Origin: Promethearchaeota archaeon
Lineage (GTDB): Archaea; Asgardarchaeota; Thorarchaeia; Thorarchaeales; Thorarchaeaceae
Reading direction: 5' to 3'
Assembly: GCA_048939765.1 (NCBI GenBank)
Contig: JBHLPF010000025.1
Coordinates: forward strand, 1-55,817
Length of the DNA: 55,817 nt
Positions 1-10,998 of this stretch are shown here, one piece after another. Below the pieces are notes generated by a model. It was not told the DNA's origin. It saw only the letters and a program-made list of their open reading frames with translations, and searched no databases. Position numbers and translations under genes: made by a program. Positions within the stretch are counted from its first letter, which is position 1, and each line of letters starts with the position of its first letter.

Positions 1-2
1 AG

Positions 3-36
3 TGGCGCCCCCGCCGGGACTTGAATGCTAAACCGA
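3..36 (-). repeat. Partial/collapsed copy of tRNA-Asp (att-like direct repeat)
   Basis: Positions 3-25 (tggcgcccccgccgggacttgaa) are identical to 1407-1429. They are followed by tgctaaaccga, which resembles 1518-1529 (tgctagaccgga). Confidence 0.85.
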
Positions 37-142
37 TATTATAAGAATCAGAGAACCAATTTCCTGAAATTGCAAATGATTTAAATCTGAATTCTTCTAA
101 TATTAACCATATTTGGTTAAATAGCGACACGTGTGTATTCCC

Positions 143-613
143 ATGAAGTCTATCCATTTCAAGTTTCCATCAAAGCAGCAGGAGCTCATATGGCAAAAGA
201 GACGAAACAGGACCCCTCCATCGGTGATTGCCCGAGAATTGGAAGTGTCCTGTGCATTGGTGAGTAAGGCGCAACGAATCGCTGAAGAGAGAATAGAGAA
301 AATTCTGCGACACACTGCATCAACAAATAGGATTAGAATTCAACAGATTAGCCCAAGGTACGGGTTTGCATCAGGCTATTGTTATGCAAACAAGTCGAAT
401 GTATACATTGTGTACTCTCCTACTCTAGGAACCCAACTATGGTTTAATCACAAAGGGGACTGCAGTAGTTGTATCGAACAGCCAGTATGTGAAAAGACAA
501 TCTATACACTTGCACAAGAATGGAATCTCCCACTTCCAAAGGGAATACCCGCAACAGAGGCGGCGGAGGAGTTATTTATCGCAATAATGGGGCGCCTGAA
601 ATGGATCGAGTAG
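143..613 (+). CDS. HTH DNA-binding protein with C-terminal Cys cluster
   Basis: PSVIARELEVSCALVSKA helix-turn-helix; H-x3-CxxC-x5-C near the C-terminus; ATG at 143. Confidence 0.6.
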   Translation: MKSIHFKFPSKQQELIWQKRRNRTPPSVIARELEVSCALVSKAQRIAEERIEKILRHTASTNRIRIQQISPRYGFASGYCYANKSNVYIVYSPTLGTQLWFNHKGDCSSCIEQPVCEKTIYTLAQEWNLPLPKGIPATEAAEELFIAIMGRLKWIE

Positions 614-1389
614 GCACAAAGACACTGTATGAATTGGTCAAGGAATGGACCAACCAGCCATGGGGAGGTATTCGGAATATTCGCATTTGCGAAGAACTGT
701 GGAATTCTATTGAAGCCTATGAACTGATAGAAGGACCATTTGGCGATTCTGTAACTCTACTTGAATCCTGTGTTGTTGATTCAAACGAAGCGTTAGAGGC
801 AGGTTTATTGAGTGAGGAGCAGGCATTAGACAATCTGAAAGCCCTCTTGGAGAATAATGATTTTGTATTGGGCGCCCGAATTATAGAGGTATCCGTCGAA
901 TCAAACCCAGTGTGCAGAATATCAAACGTCGACAGTCTGCTACGGAAGGATTGGCCAATCGGTCCTCAGAAACCTCAGTGGTGGAAACGAAGTGTCCGAA
1001 GTTTCTGGCTTCTTGTAGGAGTTGTTTCCTTTGCTATAATGATCATCATCTCTATCATATTGATTGAACTTGGAACCCTACCACCCGTACAACTTATCCT
1101 AGGCGTTGCAATTGGTATTCCAATGTACGCAATGAGTTACTATTTCCGTACAATAGCTACCAAGAGAATGTGGAGAGTAGTCTTCATCCTTATTGGTTCC
1201 TGCTTCATAGGATTCTGGTTTATTCTAGTTCCCTTGACATTTCTCTTGGTCTTCTCTGGTGTGTGGTCACGTCTAGGACCCATCCCATGGTGGCTGGGGA
1301 TGCCCTTTCTAATGATTCCACCTTTAGCAATAGGGGCCTTCATAGGAGATTGGCTCGGAAAGCGACGGGATTACAGACCCTATATGTAA
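601..1389 (+). CDS. Membrane protein (soluble N-domain plus about 4 TM helices)
   Basis: ATG at 601 overlaps the end of the upstream gene; four hydrophobic segments in the C-terminal half. Confidence 0.65.
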   Translation: MDRVGTKTLYELVKEWTNQPWGGIRNIRICEELWNSIEAYELIEGPFGDSVTLLESCVVDSNEALEAGLLSEEQALDNLKALLENNDFVLGARIIEVSVESNPVCRISNVDSLLRKDWPIGPQKPQWWKRSVRSFWLLVGVVSFAIMIIISIILIELGTLPPVQLILGVAIGIPMYAMSYYFRTIATKRMWRVVFILIGSCFIGFWFILVPLTFLLVFSGVWSRLGPIPWWLGMPFLMIPPLAIGAFIGDWLGKRRDYRPYM

Positions 1390-1406
1390 ATCATACGGAA
1401 AGAAGA

Positions 1407-1544
1407 TGGCGCCCCCGCCGGGACTTGAACCCGGGTCTTTCTCTATCTCTCCCACGAATGAGAGAGATTCAAGAGGTCCGTTCCATCGGTCAACCCGACT
1501 GGATTGACAGTCTTGAATGCTAGACCGGACTACACTACAGGGGC
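1407..1544 (-). tRNA. tRNA-Asp(GUC) with two introns (37/38: 1476-1504; 43/44: 1439-1469)
   Basis: Acceptor stem GCCCCTG/CGGGGGC-G-CCA; anticodon stem CAAGA/TCTTG; T arm CCGGG-TTCAAGT-CCCGG; both inserts fold as BHB-type motifs; mature length 78 nt. Confidence 0.92.
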
Positions 1545-1667
1545 GCGATTCGACTGCACCACTTTTGGTTTTCTATTAAACTCATCGGTCGTGAACACAC
1601 GATTATATTTGCAGTACGTCACGCGTCCATCAGTAGATGCAAATCTTCGGAAGATAGAGCATGAATG

Positions 1668-2090
1668 CTAAACAGAATCAATTTCTTTGATCTTGTTTCT
1701 GACAATATCAGGAAGAGTTGTTCTCTCTGAAGACTTGTAATCATACACTACCATTTTAGATTCGCCAAGCGCAGCAATCCCCTTTGACTTGCTCTCGACA
1801 ATATACTCCATAATGAATTGGGTTGGTTCAACAGAGGTTACACGGGTGCCTACCGTTACTGTATCAGGATAAAACAGGGGTTTAATGAATTTAGCAGAGG
1901 TGCTAGCCAGAATTGGACCTATAGAATCCTTCTCCATGGTTTCAATGAACCCGATTCTCTCAAAATACTTGATACGGGCGGTTTCAAAGTATTTGAAGAC
2001 TTTAGTATTGTTTACATGTTTGAAAGAGTCCATATCTCCCCACGCAATGGGAATATCAACTCTAATGTTAAACTCATCTAATGATTTCAT
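1668..2090 (-). CDS. Acyl-CoA thioesterase (4HBT/YbgC hotdog family)
   Basis: WGDMDSFKHVNNTKVFKYFETAR motif. Confidence 0.9.
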   Translation of the reverse strand: MKSLDEFNIRVDIPIAWGDMDSFKHVNNTKVFKYFETARIKYFERIGFIETMEKDSIGPILASTSAKFIKPLFYPDTVTVGTRVTSVEPTQFIMEYIVESKSKGIAALGESKMVVYDYKSSERTTLPDIVRNKIKEIDSV

Positions 2091-2485
2091 ACACAACACT
2101 TCTGATTTTGTAGTTTCAAGAGTGACAGTCAGGAGTCCAGCAGGCTCGACAGTCGATTTTCCTATAAAATTGCCGGACTTGCACAAAGATCTCGGATGAT
2201 TTTTCCATCTCAAACTCCCAAGCCTACTCTCATACTCTTCCTAACAATTCAGCGTAACGCTTTTTACCGTGGAAGGCACTATAATGCCCAGCTCACCCAA
2301 GCTGGAGTAGATGATACTCCATCTTTCGTTTTATGGAAAGGTTTTTATCAAGACATAAGACCGTGCGAGTTGCCCAGACAGCATTGCTTCCCATTTACGC
2401 ATGACCATGTATCACGCTGTTGACAAGTCATGAGACCATACAACGGCACAATTTATCGGTGTTATACGCGGTCTTGCATAGTTAG

Positions 2486-2592
2486 GGGCCGGTGGCGCAG
2501 CTAGGTAGCGCAGCAGGCTTTTAACCTGATGGCCGCGGGTTCAAAAGATCACGAGAATCCCTCGTTATCTGGGGTTCCCGCCCGGCCCGCCA
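2486..2592 (+). tRNA. tRNA-Lys(UUU) with T-loop intron (59/60: 2546-2575)
   Basis: Acceptor GGGCCGG/CCGGCCC-G-CCA; anticodon loop CTTTTAA; 30-nt insert with BHB (TTCA/TGGG helix, 3-nt bulges). Confidence 0.93.
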
Positions 2593-2633
2593 CATTCCCC
2601 TGCGAAATGGAAGTTTGTTGTTTGTGCAAAAAC

Positions 2634-2717
2634 ACGGGGCGGCTATTGCAAGCATTGGGTGAGCTCGGATTTTCTGGGTTCATGCTTGGGAAGCGTAGCG
2701 AGCAGTAGTTCCCCCGT
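2634..2717 (+). ncRNA. Putative structured RNA / rpoB leader
   Basis: Nested stems 2634-2649/2702-2717, 2650-2655/2682-2687 and 2661-2669/2673-2681, with G-U pairs on the + strand. Confidence 0.45.
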
Positions 2718-2741
2718 CCCATATAGTCACGGTGTTGTGAT

Positions 2742-5700
2742 ATGGCGACAGACGCAGAAGACACGGGAAAGTATTGGCCGGTCATTGAGGCATTCTTTAA
2801 CCACTACGGCCTAGTAGGTCAGCATCTCGACTCGTTTAACCGATTCATTCGGGAGGAGCTTCAGCAAGTAGTAGACAGTGTCGCAAGGCTCAATCCCAAG
2901 GTCGAGGGCTATCATGTGGAGCTAGGGGACATCACTGTCGAGGCTCCATCAGTCAGGGAGGCAGACGGAAGCGAACATCCTCTGTATCCCAACGAGGCCC
3001 GCATCAGGAACCTGACCTACGCGAGCAAGCTCTACTTGGACATGACTCCAGTACGAAAAGAAGGGTCAATCTCCACTCGCATGGAAACAATGAGAATCTA
3101 CGTGGGAGACATGCCAGTGATGCTACGCAGCGAAAAATGTCTTTTGCATGGCATGTCTGCGGAAGAGCTGATCAAGCACGGCGAAGATCCAAAGGACCCT
3201 GGTGGCTACTTCATCATCAACGGATCCGAACGGGTTCTAGTGACCCAAGAGGATTTGGCGCCCAATCGGATTCTCATCGAGGAGGCAAGTAAGAGCTCAA
3301 GCTACACTCACATTGCAAAGGTGTTTTCGACTTCCCGTGGGTTCCGTGCACCAGTCACTATTGAGAGGAAACGTAGTGGCGAGCTCAGAGTTTCATTCCC
3401 ATCCGTGCCAGGAAAGATTCCTCTAGCCATACTTCTGAAGGCCCTAGGTCTAGAGTCTGACAGAGAGATTGTCGATGTCATATCTGATGATGACGAGATT
3501 CGAAACGAGCTAATTGTCACCATAGAGCAGTCTGCTCCCATCAACGCCCCCCGCGATGAGGAAGAGTCCTCTACCAGAGATAATGCCCTAGACTTCATTG
3601 GCAAACGGGTTGCAGTTGGTCAGACAAAGGAGTACAGACTTGCGCGTGCAGAGAAGGTCCTCGACAGGTATCTTCTGCCACACATTGGTACAGAGGACAC
3701 TCACCGTCTTCAGAAGGCCTACTACCTCGGTCAGATGGTTGAGCGGCTGCTAGAGCTGGTCCTCTCAAAGAGGCAGCAAGATGACAAAGACCACTATGCC
3801 AACAAGAGACTGAAGCTATCAGGCGACCTGTTGATGTCGCTATTCCGTGTAGCTCTCTATTCCCTTACTCGTGACATCAAGTACCAGCTTGAGCGAACAG
3901 CAGTCCGTGGTCGAAAACCCAACATTCGCACTGCAGTAAGAGCAGATGTGATCACCCAGAGACTCAAGCATGCTTTAGCAACAGGCAACTGGGTAGGCGG
4001 AAAAGCTGGTGTATCGCAACTACTTGACAGAACTAACTACATCTCATCACTATCACACCTACGAAGAGTAGTTTCACCACTCTCACGTTCACAGCCTCAC
4101 TTTGAAGCACGAGACCTTCACTCTACCCACTGGGGAAAAATCTGTCCAAACGAAACCCCAGAAGGTCCTAACTGTGGACTTGTCAAGAACATCGCAATGA
4201 TGGCCTACATCTCAGTAGGAACTGAAGAAACAGCCATCGAGAAGGCCCTCATTAAGGCCGAGGTCCAAGGAATCGAGAAACTCCGAGGAAAGAGAGGCAC
4301 AAAAGCTGCTGATGTCTTCCTCAACGGACGACTTGTGGGAGTGCATCCTGCTCCTCAAGTCCTTGTGAAGTCCATGCGACAGAAGCGTCGAGCCGGAGAG
4401 ATTGATCCTGAAACCAACATTGCTTACTATGAGAACACCCATGAAGTACAGGCCAACTGTGATGCCGGTCGTGTCAGACGGCCACTGATAGTCGTAGAGA
4501 ACGGCAAAAGCAGGCTCACAGACGAACATCTCCGGATGGTCATGGATGGCGAGTGGGGCTTTATGGATCTCATGAGGAATGGAATCGTCGAGTTCCTTGA
4601 TGCGGAGGAGGAGGAGAACACCCTCATTGCAATGTATCCACATGAGATTGGGCCCAATACCACCCATATGGAGATCGAGCCTGCAACAATTCTAGGTATC
4701 TCTGCGGCATTGATTCCATTCCCAGAGAGGAACCAGTCACCACGTAACGTGTACATGGCTGGAATGGCAAAACAGTCTGTAGGTGTGCCAGCATCAAACT
4801 TCAGGTATCGCGCAGATACCCGCTCACACTTCTTTCACTATCCTCAGATTCCATTGGTGAAGACTAGAGCCATGGACTCGATAGGCTACGAGGAGAGGCC
4901 GGCCATTCAGAACTTCGTGGTCGCAATTCTGTCCTTTGAGGGCTATAACATTGAAGACGCTCTCATCATGAACAAGGCCTCTATCGAGCGTGGACTTGGC
5001 AGGAGTACATTCACCCGTGTCTATGAGAGCGAGGAACGCAAGTACCCTGGTGGACAGGAGGACAGGTTCGAGATTCCTGACCGCAGCGTCAGGGGTTACA
5101 GAGCTTCTGAGTCCTATCGCAACCTTGGCGAGGACGGAGTCATTGAAACCGAGGTAGAGGTACAGGGTGGTGATGTTCTCATAGGCAGGACTTCTCCACC
5201 ACGGTTCCTTGAGGAGTACTCAGAGTTCGACATAGCATCACCCAACCGCCGAGAGACTTCAGTGGCTGTCCGTCACGGAGAGTCTGGTGTTGTAGACAGC
5301 GTAATCCTAACCGAAACCATCGATGGCAACCGACTGGTGAAGGTAAAGGTCCGAGACCTGCGTATACCAGAACTGGGCGACAAGTACGCTTCACGACACG
5401 GTCAGAAGGGAGTCATTGGCTACATTGTCCCGCAGGAGGATGTTCCCTTCACCGAGGATGGAGTGGTTCCCGACCTTCTCATCAATCCTCATGCCATTCC
5501 AAGCCGAATGACCATTGGTCAGATTCTAGAGATGATCGCTGGAAAGGCTGCTTGCATGGCAGGCAAACAACAGGACGGAACACCATTCAGTGGAGTCCAA
5601 GAGGACGAACTCTTCGCTATTCTAAAAGAGCATGGTCTGCAGCATACCGGCAGAGAGGTAATGTATTCGGGCATCACGGGCGAGAAGATGAAAGTGGACA

Positions 5701-6113
5701 TCTTCATTGGCATTGTTGCCCAACAAAAATTACACCACATGGTGGCGGACAAGATTCACGCTCGCGCACGAGGTCCGGTGCAGATTCTGACCAGACAGCC
5801 CACCGAGGGTAGGGCCAGAGAGGGTGGTCTGAGGTTCGGGGAGATGGAGCGTGATGTTCTCATTGGCCATGGTGCAGCCATTCTGCTCAAGGGCAGGCTT
5901 CTAGATGAGTCTGACAAGAGCAACATGCTGGTCTGTGAGGAGTGTGGACTCATTGGAGTCTATGACCGGAACAAGGATCAGTATTATTGTCCAATCTGCG
6001 GCAGCAACGCGAAAATCAGCAGCGTTGTGGTGTCGTACGCATTCAAACTTCTCATACAAGAGATGATGTCACTCGGCCTGGCCGCCAGGTTGCGTTTGAA
6101 GGAGATGATCTAA
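2742..6113 (+). CDS. rpoB: DNA-directed RNA polymerase subunit B (fused Rpo2)
   Basis: GGYFIINGSERV, GDKYASRHGQKG, GGLRFGEMERD, C-terminal Zn finger. Confidence 0.99.
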   Translation: MATDAEDTGKYWPVIEAFFNHYGLVGQHLDSFNRFIREELQQVVDSVARLNPKVEGYHVELGDITVEAPSVREADGSEHPLYPNEARIRNLTYASKLYLDMTPVRKEGSISTRMETMRIYVGDMPVMLRSEKCLLHGMSAEELIKHGEDPKDPGGYFIINGSERVLVTQEDLAPNRILIEEASKSSSYTHIAKVFSTSRGFRAPVTIERKRSGELRVSFPSVPGKIPLAILLKALGLESDREIVDVISDDDEIRNELIVTIEQSAPINAPRDEEESSTRDNALDFIGKRVAVGQTKEYRLARAEKVLDRYLLPHIGTEDTHRLQKAYYLGQMVERLLELVLSKRQQDDKDHYANKRLKLSGDLLMSLFRVALYSLTRDIKYQLERTAVRGRKPNIRTAVRADVITQRLKHALATGNWVGGKAGVSQLLDRTNYISSLSHLRRVVSPLSRSQPHFEARDLHSTHWGKICPNETPEGPNCGLVKNIAMMAYISVGTEETAIEKALIKAEVQGIEKLRGKRGTKAADVFLNGRLVGVHPAPQVLVKSMRQKRRAGEIDPETNIAYYENTHEVQANCDAGRVRRPLIVVENGKSRLTDEHLRMVMDGEWGFMDLMRNGIVEFLDAEEEENTLIAMYPHEIGPNTTHMEIEPATILGISAALIPFPERNQSPRNVYMAGMAKQSVGVPASNFRYRADTRSHFFHYPQIPLVKTRAMDSIGYEERPAIQNFVVAILSFEGYNIEDALIMNKASIERGLGRSTFTRVYESEERKYPGGQEDRFEIPDRSVRGYRASESYRNLGEDGVIETEVEVQGGDVLIGRTSPPRFLEEYSEFDIASPNRRETSVAVRHGESGVVDSVILTETIDGNRLVKVKVRDLRIPELGDKYASRHGQKGVIGYIVPQEDVPFTEDGVVPDLLINPHAIPSRMTIGQILEMIAGKAACMAGKQQDGTPFSGVQEDELFAILKEHGLQHTGREVMYSGITGEKMKVDIFIGIVAQQKLHHMVADKIHARARGPVQILTRQPTEGRAREGGLRFGEMERDVLIGHGAAILLKGRLLDESDKSNMLVCEECGLIGVYDRNKDQYYCPICGSNAKISSVVVSYAFKLLIQEMMSLGLAARLRLKEMI

Positions 6114-8770
6114 TGATTAGCGGACTTACGACCAAGAAGATTGACTCGATAGAGTTCGGGCTCCTAAGTCCTGAAGACATCCGAAAGATGTCAGTGGCAC
6201 AAATAGTCGTTGCAGACACCTACGATGAGGACGGCTATCCCATTGAGTCAGGAATTATGGACCCAAGACTCGGAGTCATTGACCCCGGTCAGCGCTGCAG
6301 GACATGCGGAAACAGAGTCGGGAACTGTCCCGGCCATTTTGGTCATATTGAGCTAGCCCGACCAGTTATGCATGCAGGATATGCGAAAGTCATCCATAAG
6401 GTATTGCGTGCTATTTGTAGGGAATGCAACAGAATCTTGCTCGAAGACGATGAGATTGATCATTATAACAGACTATTTCGAAGGTATCCCGAGATAGGAC
6501 AGAAGACAGCTAACTTATCTAAGGACATCCTCAAGAGAGCAGCAAAGTCAAGAACATGCCCTCATTGTGGAGAGGAACAGCTCAAGTTGAAACTTGAGAA
6601 GCCTACTTCCATCTATGAAGTTGGAGAAGCAGGAACTGTTAGGCTCACTCCTATAGATATCAGGTCACGATTAGAGAATGTTTCAGATGAGGACTTTGGC
6701 CTCCTCGGCATAAATGCCAATGCCGCTCGTCTTGAATGGTCGATTCTTACCGTCTTGCCTATTCCGCCAGTTACAGTTAGACCATCAATAACTCTTGAAT
6801 CTGGGGTAAGAAGCGAAGACGACTTATCTCACAAGGCTATCGATATAATCAGAATCAACCAGCGGTTACGTGAGAATCTTGATGCTGGAGCGCCACAGCT
6901 AATTGTTGAAGATCTTTGGGAATTACTGCAATATCACGTGACCACCTACATGGATAACGGAGTTTCTGGCATACCTCCAGCCCGACATAGGTCAGGTCGC
7001 GCACTCAGGACGCTGGCCCAGAGGCTGAAGGGCAAAGAGGGGCGATTCAGGTCCAACCTCTCGGGTAAGCGTGTCGACTTTTCAGCTCGTACCGTTATCT
7101 CTCCAGACCCGAATCTCAGCATGAACGAGGTCGGTGTACCGGAGCAGGTGGCACGTATTCTTACCATTCCACAGAGAGTCACTGAGTGGAACAAGGAGGA
7201 AATGAAGGAGCTAGTACTCCGAGGTCCTGACAGACACCCAGGCTGCAACTATCTTATTCGAACTGATGGGCGAAGGGTAGACCTGCGATTCGTCAAAGAC
7301 AGGACAATCATTGCTGATACCATCGAGCCAGGCTTTATTGTGGAGCGACACCTCGATTCAGGCGACATCGTGCTGTTCAACAGACAGCCATCACTTCACA
7401 GGATGTCCATCATGGCTCATGAGGTGCGAGTGATGCCATATCGTACCTTCAGACTAAGCCTATACGTCTGTCCACCCTACAATGCAGACTTTGACGGTGA
7501 CGAGATGAACCTCCATGTGCCCCAGTCTGAGGAGGCCCGAGCAGAGGCTCGAGTACTGATGCGTGTACAGGAACAGATCCTGTCACCTAGATATGGTGGT
7601 CCAATCATTGGTGCGCTGCAGGACTACATCTCCGCAGCGTTCCTACTGACCCGCAAATCAAGTCTGTACACAGAGAATCAAGTGAATCAGTTGTTGGCAA
7701 CAGGTCAGTTCACAGGCGAATTGCCAGCTCCAGCCATTCTAGCTCCTGTAAAGCTATGGACCGGCAAGCAGATATTCAGCATGTTCATCCCAGAGGGAAT
7801 CAACATCTCGTTCAAAGCGAACGTCTGTAGAAAGTGTACAGTCTGCACATTCGAAGACTGTCCTTATGACTCGTATGTGGTCATTAGGAATGGTGAACTC
7901 ATCTTTGGAGTTGTGGATGAGAAAGCATTTGGTGCTGGTGAGCCAGACTCATTGTTCCATCGAATAATCAAGGAGAAAGGTTCCACTGCAGCCCGGATGT
8001 TCATGGACTCCGTCGGAAGACTCCTAGTCCGTCTGATAACTGACAGAGGATTCACCATGGGTCTTAATGACGTGACACTACCGAGAGAAGCATCTCAGAG
8101 AATCAAGATGATCTTGGAGGAGGCCGACCATAAGGTGAACCAGCTCATCGAGATCTACAAACGTGGAGAACTGGACCCCAATCCTGGCCAGACCCTCCTA
8201 GAAACTCTCGAGCAGCGAATTATGGCTACCTTGGCTGAGGCAAGAGACTCTGCAGGTTCTGTTGCGGGAGAGCACCTTGGTCTCGAGAACGCTGCAGTCA
8301 TCATGGCTCAAACTGGAGCCCGAGGTTCAAGACTGAACCTATCACAGATGGCTGCTGTAGTTGGCCAGCAGGCCGTTCGAGGTGAACGAATAAGCAGAGG
8401 TTACATTGGCCGTACACTTCCACACTTCGAGAGGGGTGATTTGGGTGCGAGAGCAAGAGGGTTTGTGACTTCGAGCTACAAGAGCGGTCTGGATCCAATA
8501 GAATATTGGTTCCATGCAGCAGGTGGTCGTGAGGGACTTGTGGACACAGCGGTGCGAACCTCCACATCAGGCTACATGCAACGCAGGCTCATGACAGCTC
8601 TGCAGGATCTAAAGGTCGAGTCAGATGGAACAGTAAGGACTGCGCCAGGTCGCATTGTCCAGTTCCGCTTTGGTGATGATGGCGTAGATCCCAGCAAGTC
8701 AGACCATGGCCGGTCAGTCAATATAGACATTGAATTAGAGAAGGTCCTTGGCAAAGTAAGAGCTAAGTGA
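6113..8770 (+). CDS. rpoA1: RNA polymerase subunit A' (Rpo1N)
   Basis: Catalytic YNADFDGDEMN motif; TAATG overlap with the rpoB stop gives a start at 6113. Confidence 0.99.
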   Translation: MISGLTTKKIDSIEFGLLSPEDIRKMSVAQIVVADTYDEDGYPIESGIMDPRLGVIDPGQRCRTCGNRVGNCPGHFGHIELARPVMHAGYAKVIHKVLRAICRECNRILLEDDEIDHYNRLFRRYPEIGQKTANLSKDILKRAAKSRTCPHCGEEQLKLKLEKPTSIYEVGEAGTVRLTPIDIRSRLENVSDEDFGLLGINANAARLEWSILTVLPIPPVTVRPSITLESGVRSEDDLSHKAIDIIRINQRLRENLDAGAPQLIVEDLWELLQYHVTTYMDNGVSGIPPARHRSGRALRTLAQRLKGKEGRFRSNLSGKRVDFSARTVISPDPNLSMNEVGVPEQVARILTIPQRVTEWNKEEMKELVLRGPDRHPGCNYLIRTDGRRVDLRFVKDRTIIADTIEPGFIVERHLDSGDIVLFNRQPSLHRMSIMAHEVRVMPYRTFRLSLYVCPPYNADFDGDEMNLHVPQSEEARAEARVLMRVQEQILSPRYGGPIIGALQDYISAAFLLTRKSSLYTENQVNQLLATGQFTGELPAPAILAPVKLWTGKQIFSMFIPEGINISFKANVCRKCTVCTFEDCPYDSYVVIRNGELIFGVVDEKAFGAGEPDSLFHRIIKEKGSTAARMFMDSVGRLLVRLITDRGFTMGLNDVTLPREASQRIKMILEEADHKVNQLIEIYKRGELDPNPGQTLLETLEQRIMATLAEARDSAGSVAGEHLGLENAAVIMAQTGARGSRLNLSQMAAVVGQQAVRGERISRGYIGRTLPHFERGDLGARARGFVTSSYKSGLDPIEYWFHAAGGREGLVDTAVRTSTSGYMQRRLMTALQDLKVESDGTVRTAPGRIVQFRFGDDGVDPSKSDHGRSVNIDIELEKVLGKVRAK

Positions 8771-8780
8771 GGAGGCGTAG

Positions 8781-10130
<1,350 letters not shown>

Positions 10131-10196
10131 ACCTTCGCTACGGAAACGTTAAAACAGAACTCGAGCAGACGCAAAAACATAACGAGGTCATGACAA

Positions 10197-10490
10197 TTGA
10201 GCCTAAATCAGCCAATAGCTAGCGCAGTGAGCACCGGTGAATGTCGAATCGGTGCCAAATCGTCCATAGACGCTCTAAAGACTTCAGAGGCGAAGGTAGT
10301 TGTTGTAGCAGCCAACTGCCCACGTGACGAATATGAAGATATTGAGAGATTCGCTTCACTTTCAGGCATAAAGGTCCTGAAATTTGAGGGGACCTCATGG
10401 GACCTTGGAGAGGTTGTGGGGAAGCCCTTCATGGTATCAGCCATTGCAGTGATTAAACCTGGTGATTCAAAGATTCTGAAGATGGCATGA
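10197..10490 (+). CDS. rpl30e: 50S ribosomal protein L30e
   Basis: VVVAANCP and GTSWDLGEVVGKPFMVS; position in operon; TTG start. Confidence 0.95.
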   Translation: MSLNQPIASAVSTGECRIGAKSSIDALKTSEAKVVVVAANCPRDEYEDIERFASLSGIKVLKFEGTSWDLGEVVGKPFMVSAIAVIKPGDSKILKMA

Positions 10491-10500
10491 GGCGGTTCAA

Positions 10501-10929
10501 TTGGTCAAGCTCTCCATGGAGGACATGTCGCTCATAGCTACTTTCGAGCGGATAACAGGCGCCTCCGCCGTAGATGTTGTCCGTGATGACGATGGCGAAC
10601 GCCTCATCTTTGTTGTGAGAGAGAAGCAGCTGGGAAAGGCCATTGGTCGTGGCGGTTCCAATGTGAAGGCTGCAGCGGACACCTTTGGGAGGGCAGTTGA
10701 TGTTGTGGAAATCGCTGCTTCTCCGGAAGAGTTCGTGAAGAGCGCTCTTGCTCCTGCTAGAGTCGAAGAAGTGAAGATTATTGTACACAGGGACGGAAAC
10801 AGGGTGGCTTCTGTTACTGTCAATTCTGAAGACCGTGGCATCGCTATTGGTCGAGATGGCCGCAATGTTGCCCGTGCTCGCATCCTCGCACGAAGGCATT
10901 TTGACCTCACCAATGTTGTCATAGCTTAG
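10501..10929 (+). CDS. nusA: Archaeal NusA (KH domains)
   Basis: GKAIGRGGSNV and GIAIGRDGRNV KH motifs. Confidence 0.96.
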   Translation: MVKLSMEDMSLIATFERITGASAVDVVRDDDGERLIFVVREKQLGKAIGRGGSNVKAAADTFGRAVDVVEIAASPEEFVKSALAPARVEEVKIIVHRDGNRVASVTVNSEDRGIAIGRDGRNVARARILARRHFDLTNVVIA

Positions 10930-10998
10930 AAGACTGAGGCGGCAGTGAACTGGATTCTTATTAGTATTCCATGGAGTCATTTCTAGGAGAGTCCATAG

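Noticed and set aside
1170-1523. 117-aa ORF
   Set aside because: It overlaps the membrane gene out of frame and runs antisense through tRNA-Asp.
1662-1673. tgaatgctaaac matching positions 22-33
   Set aside because: It is only 12 bp, overlaps the thioesterase stop and has no supporting structure, so it may be chance.
2196-2423. 75-aa ORF and a TGGAGTA/TACTCCA hairpin resembling a fluoride riboswitch
   Set aside because: The ORF has no recognisable features, and the riboswitch pseudoknot elements and gene context are missing.
5987-6112. N-terminal extension of RpoA1 in the ORF track
   Set aside because: It overlaps rpoB; the real start is the coupled ATG at 6113.
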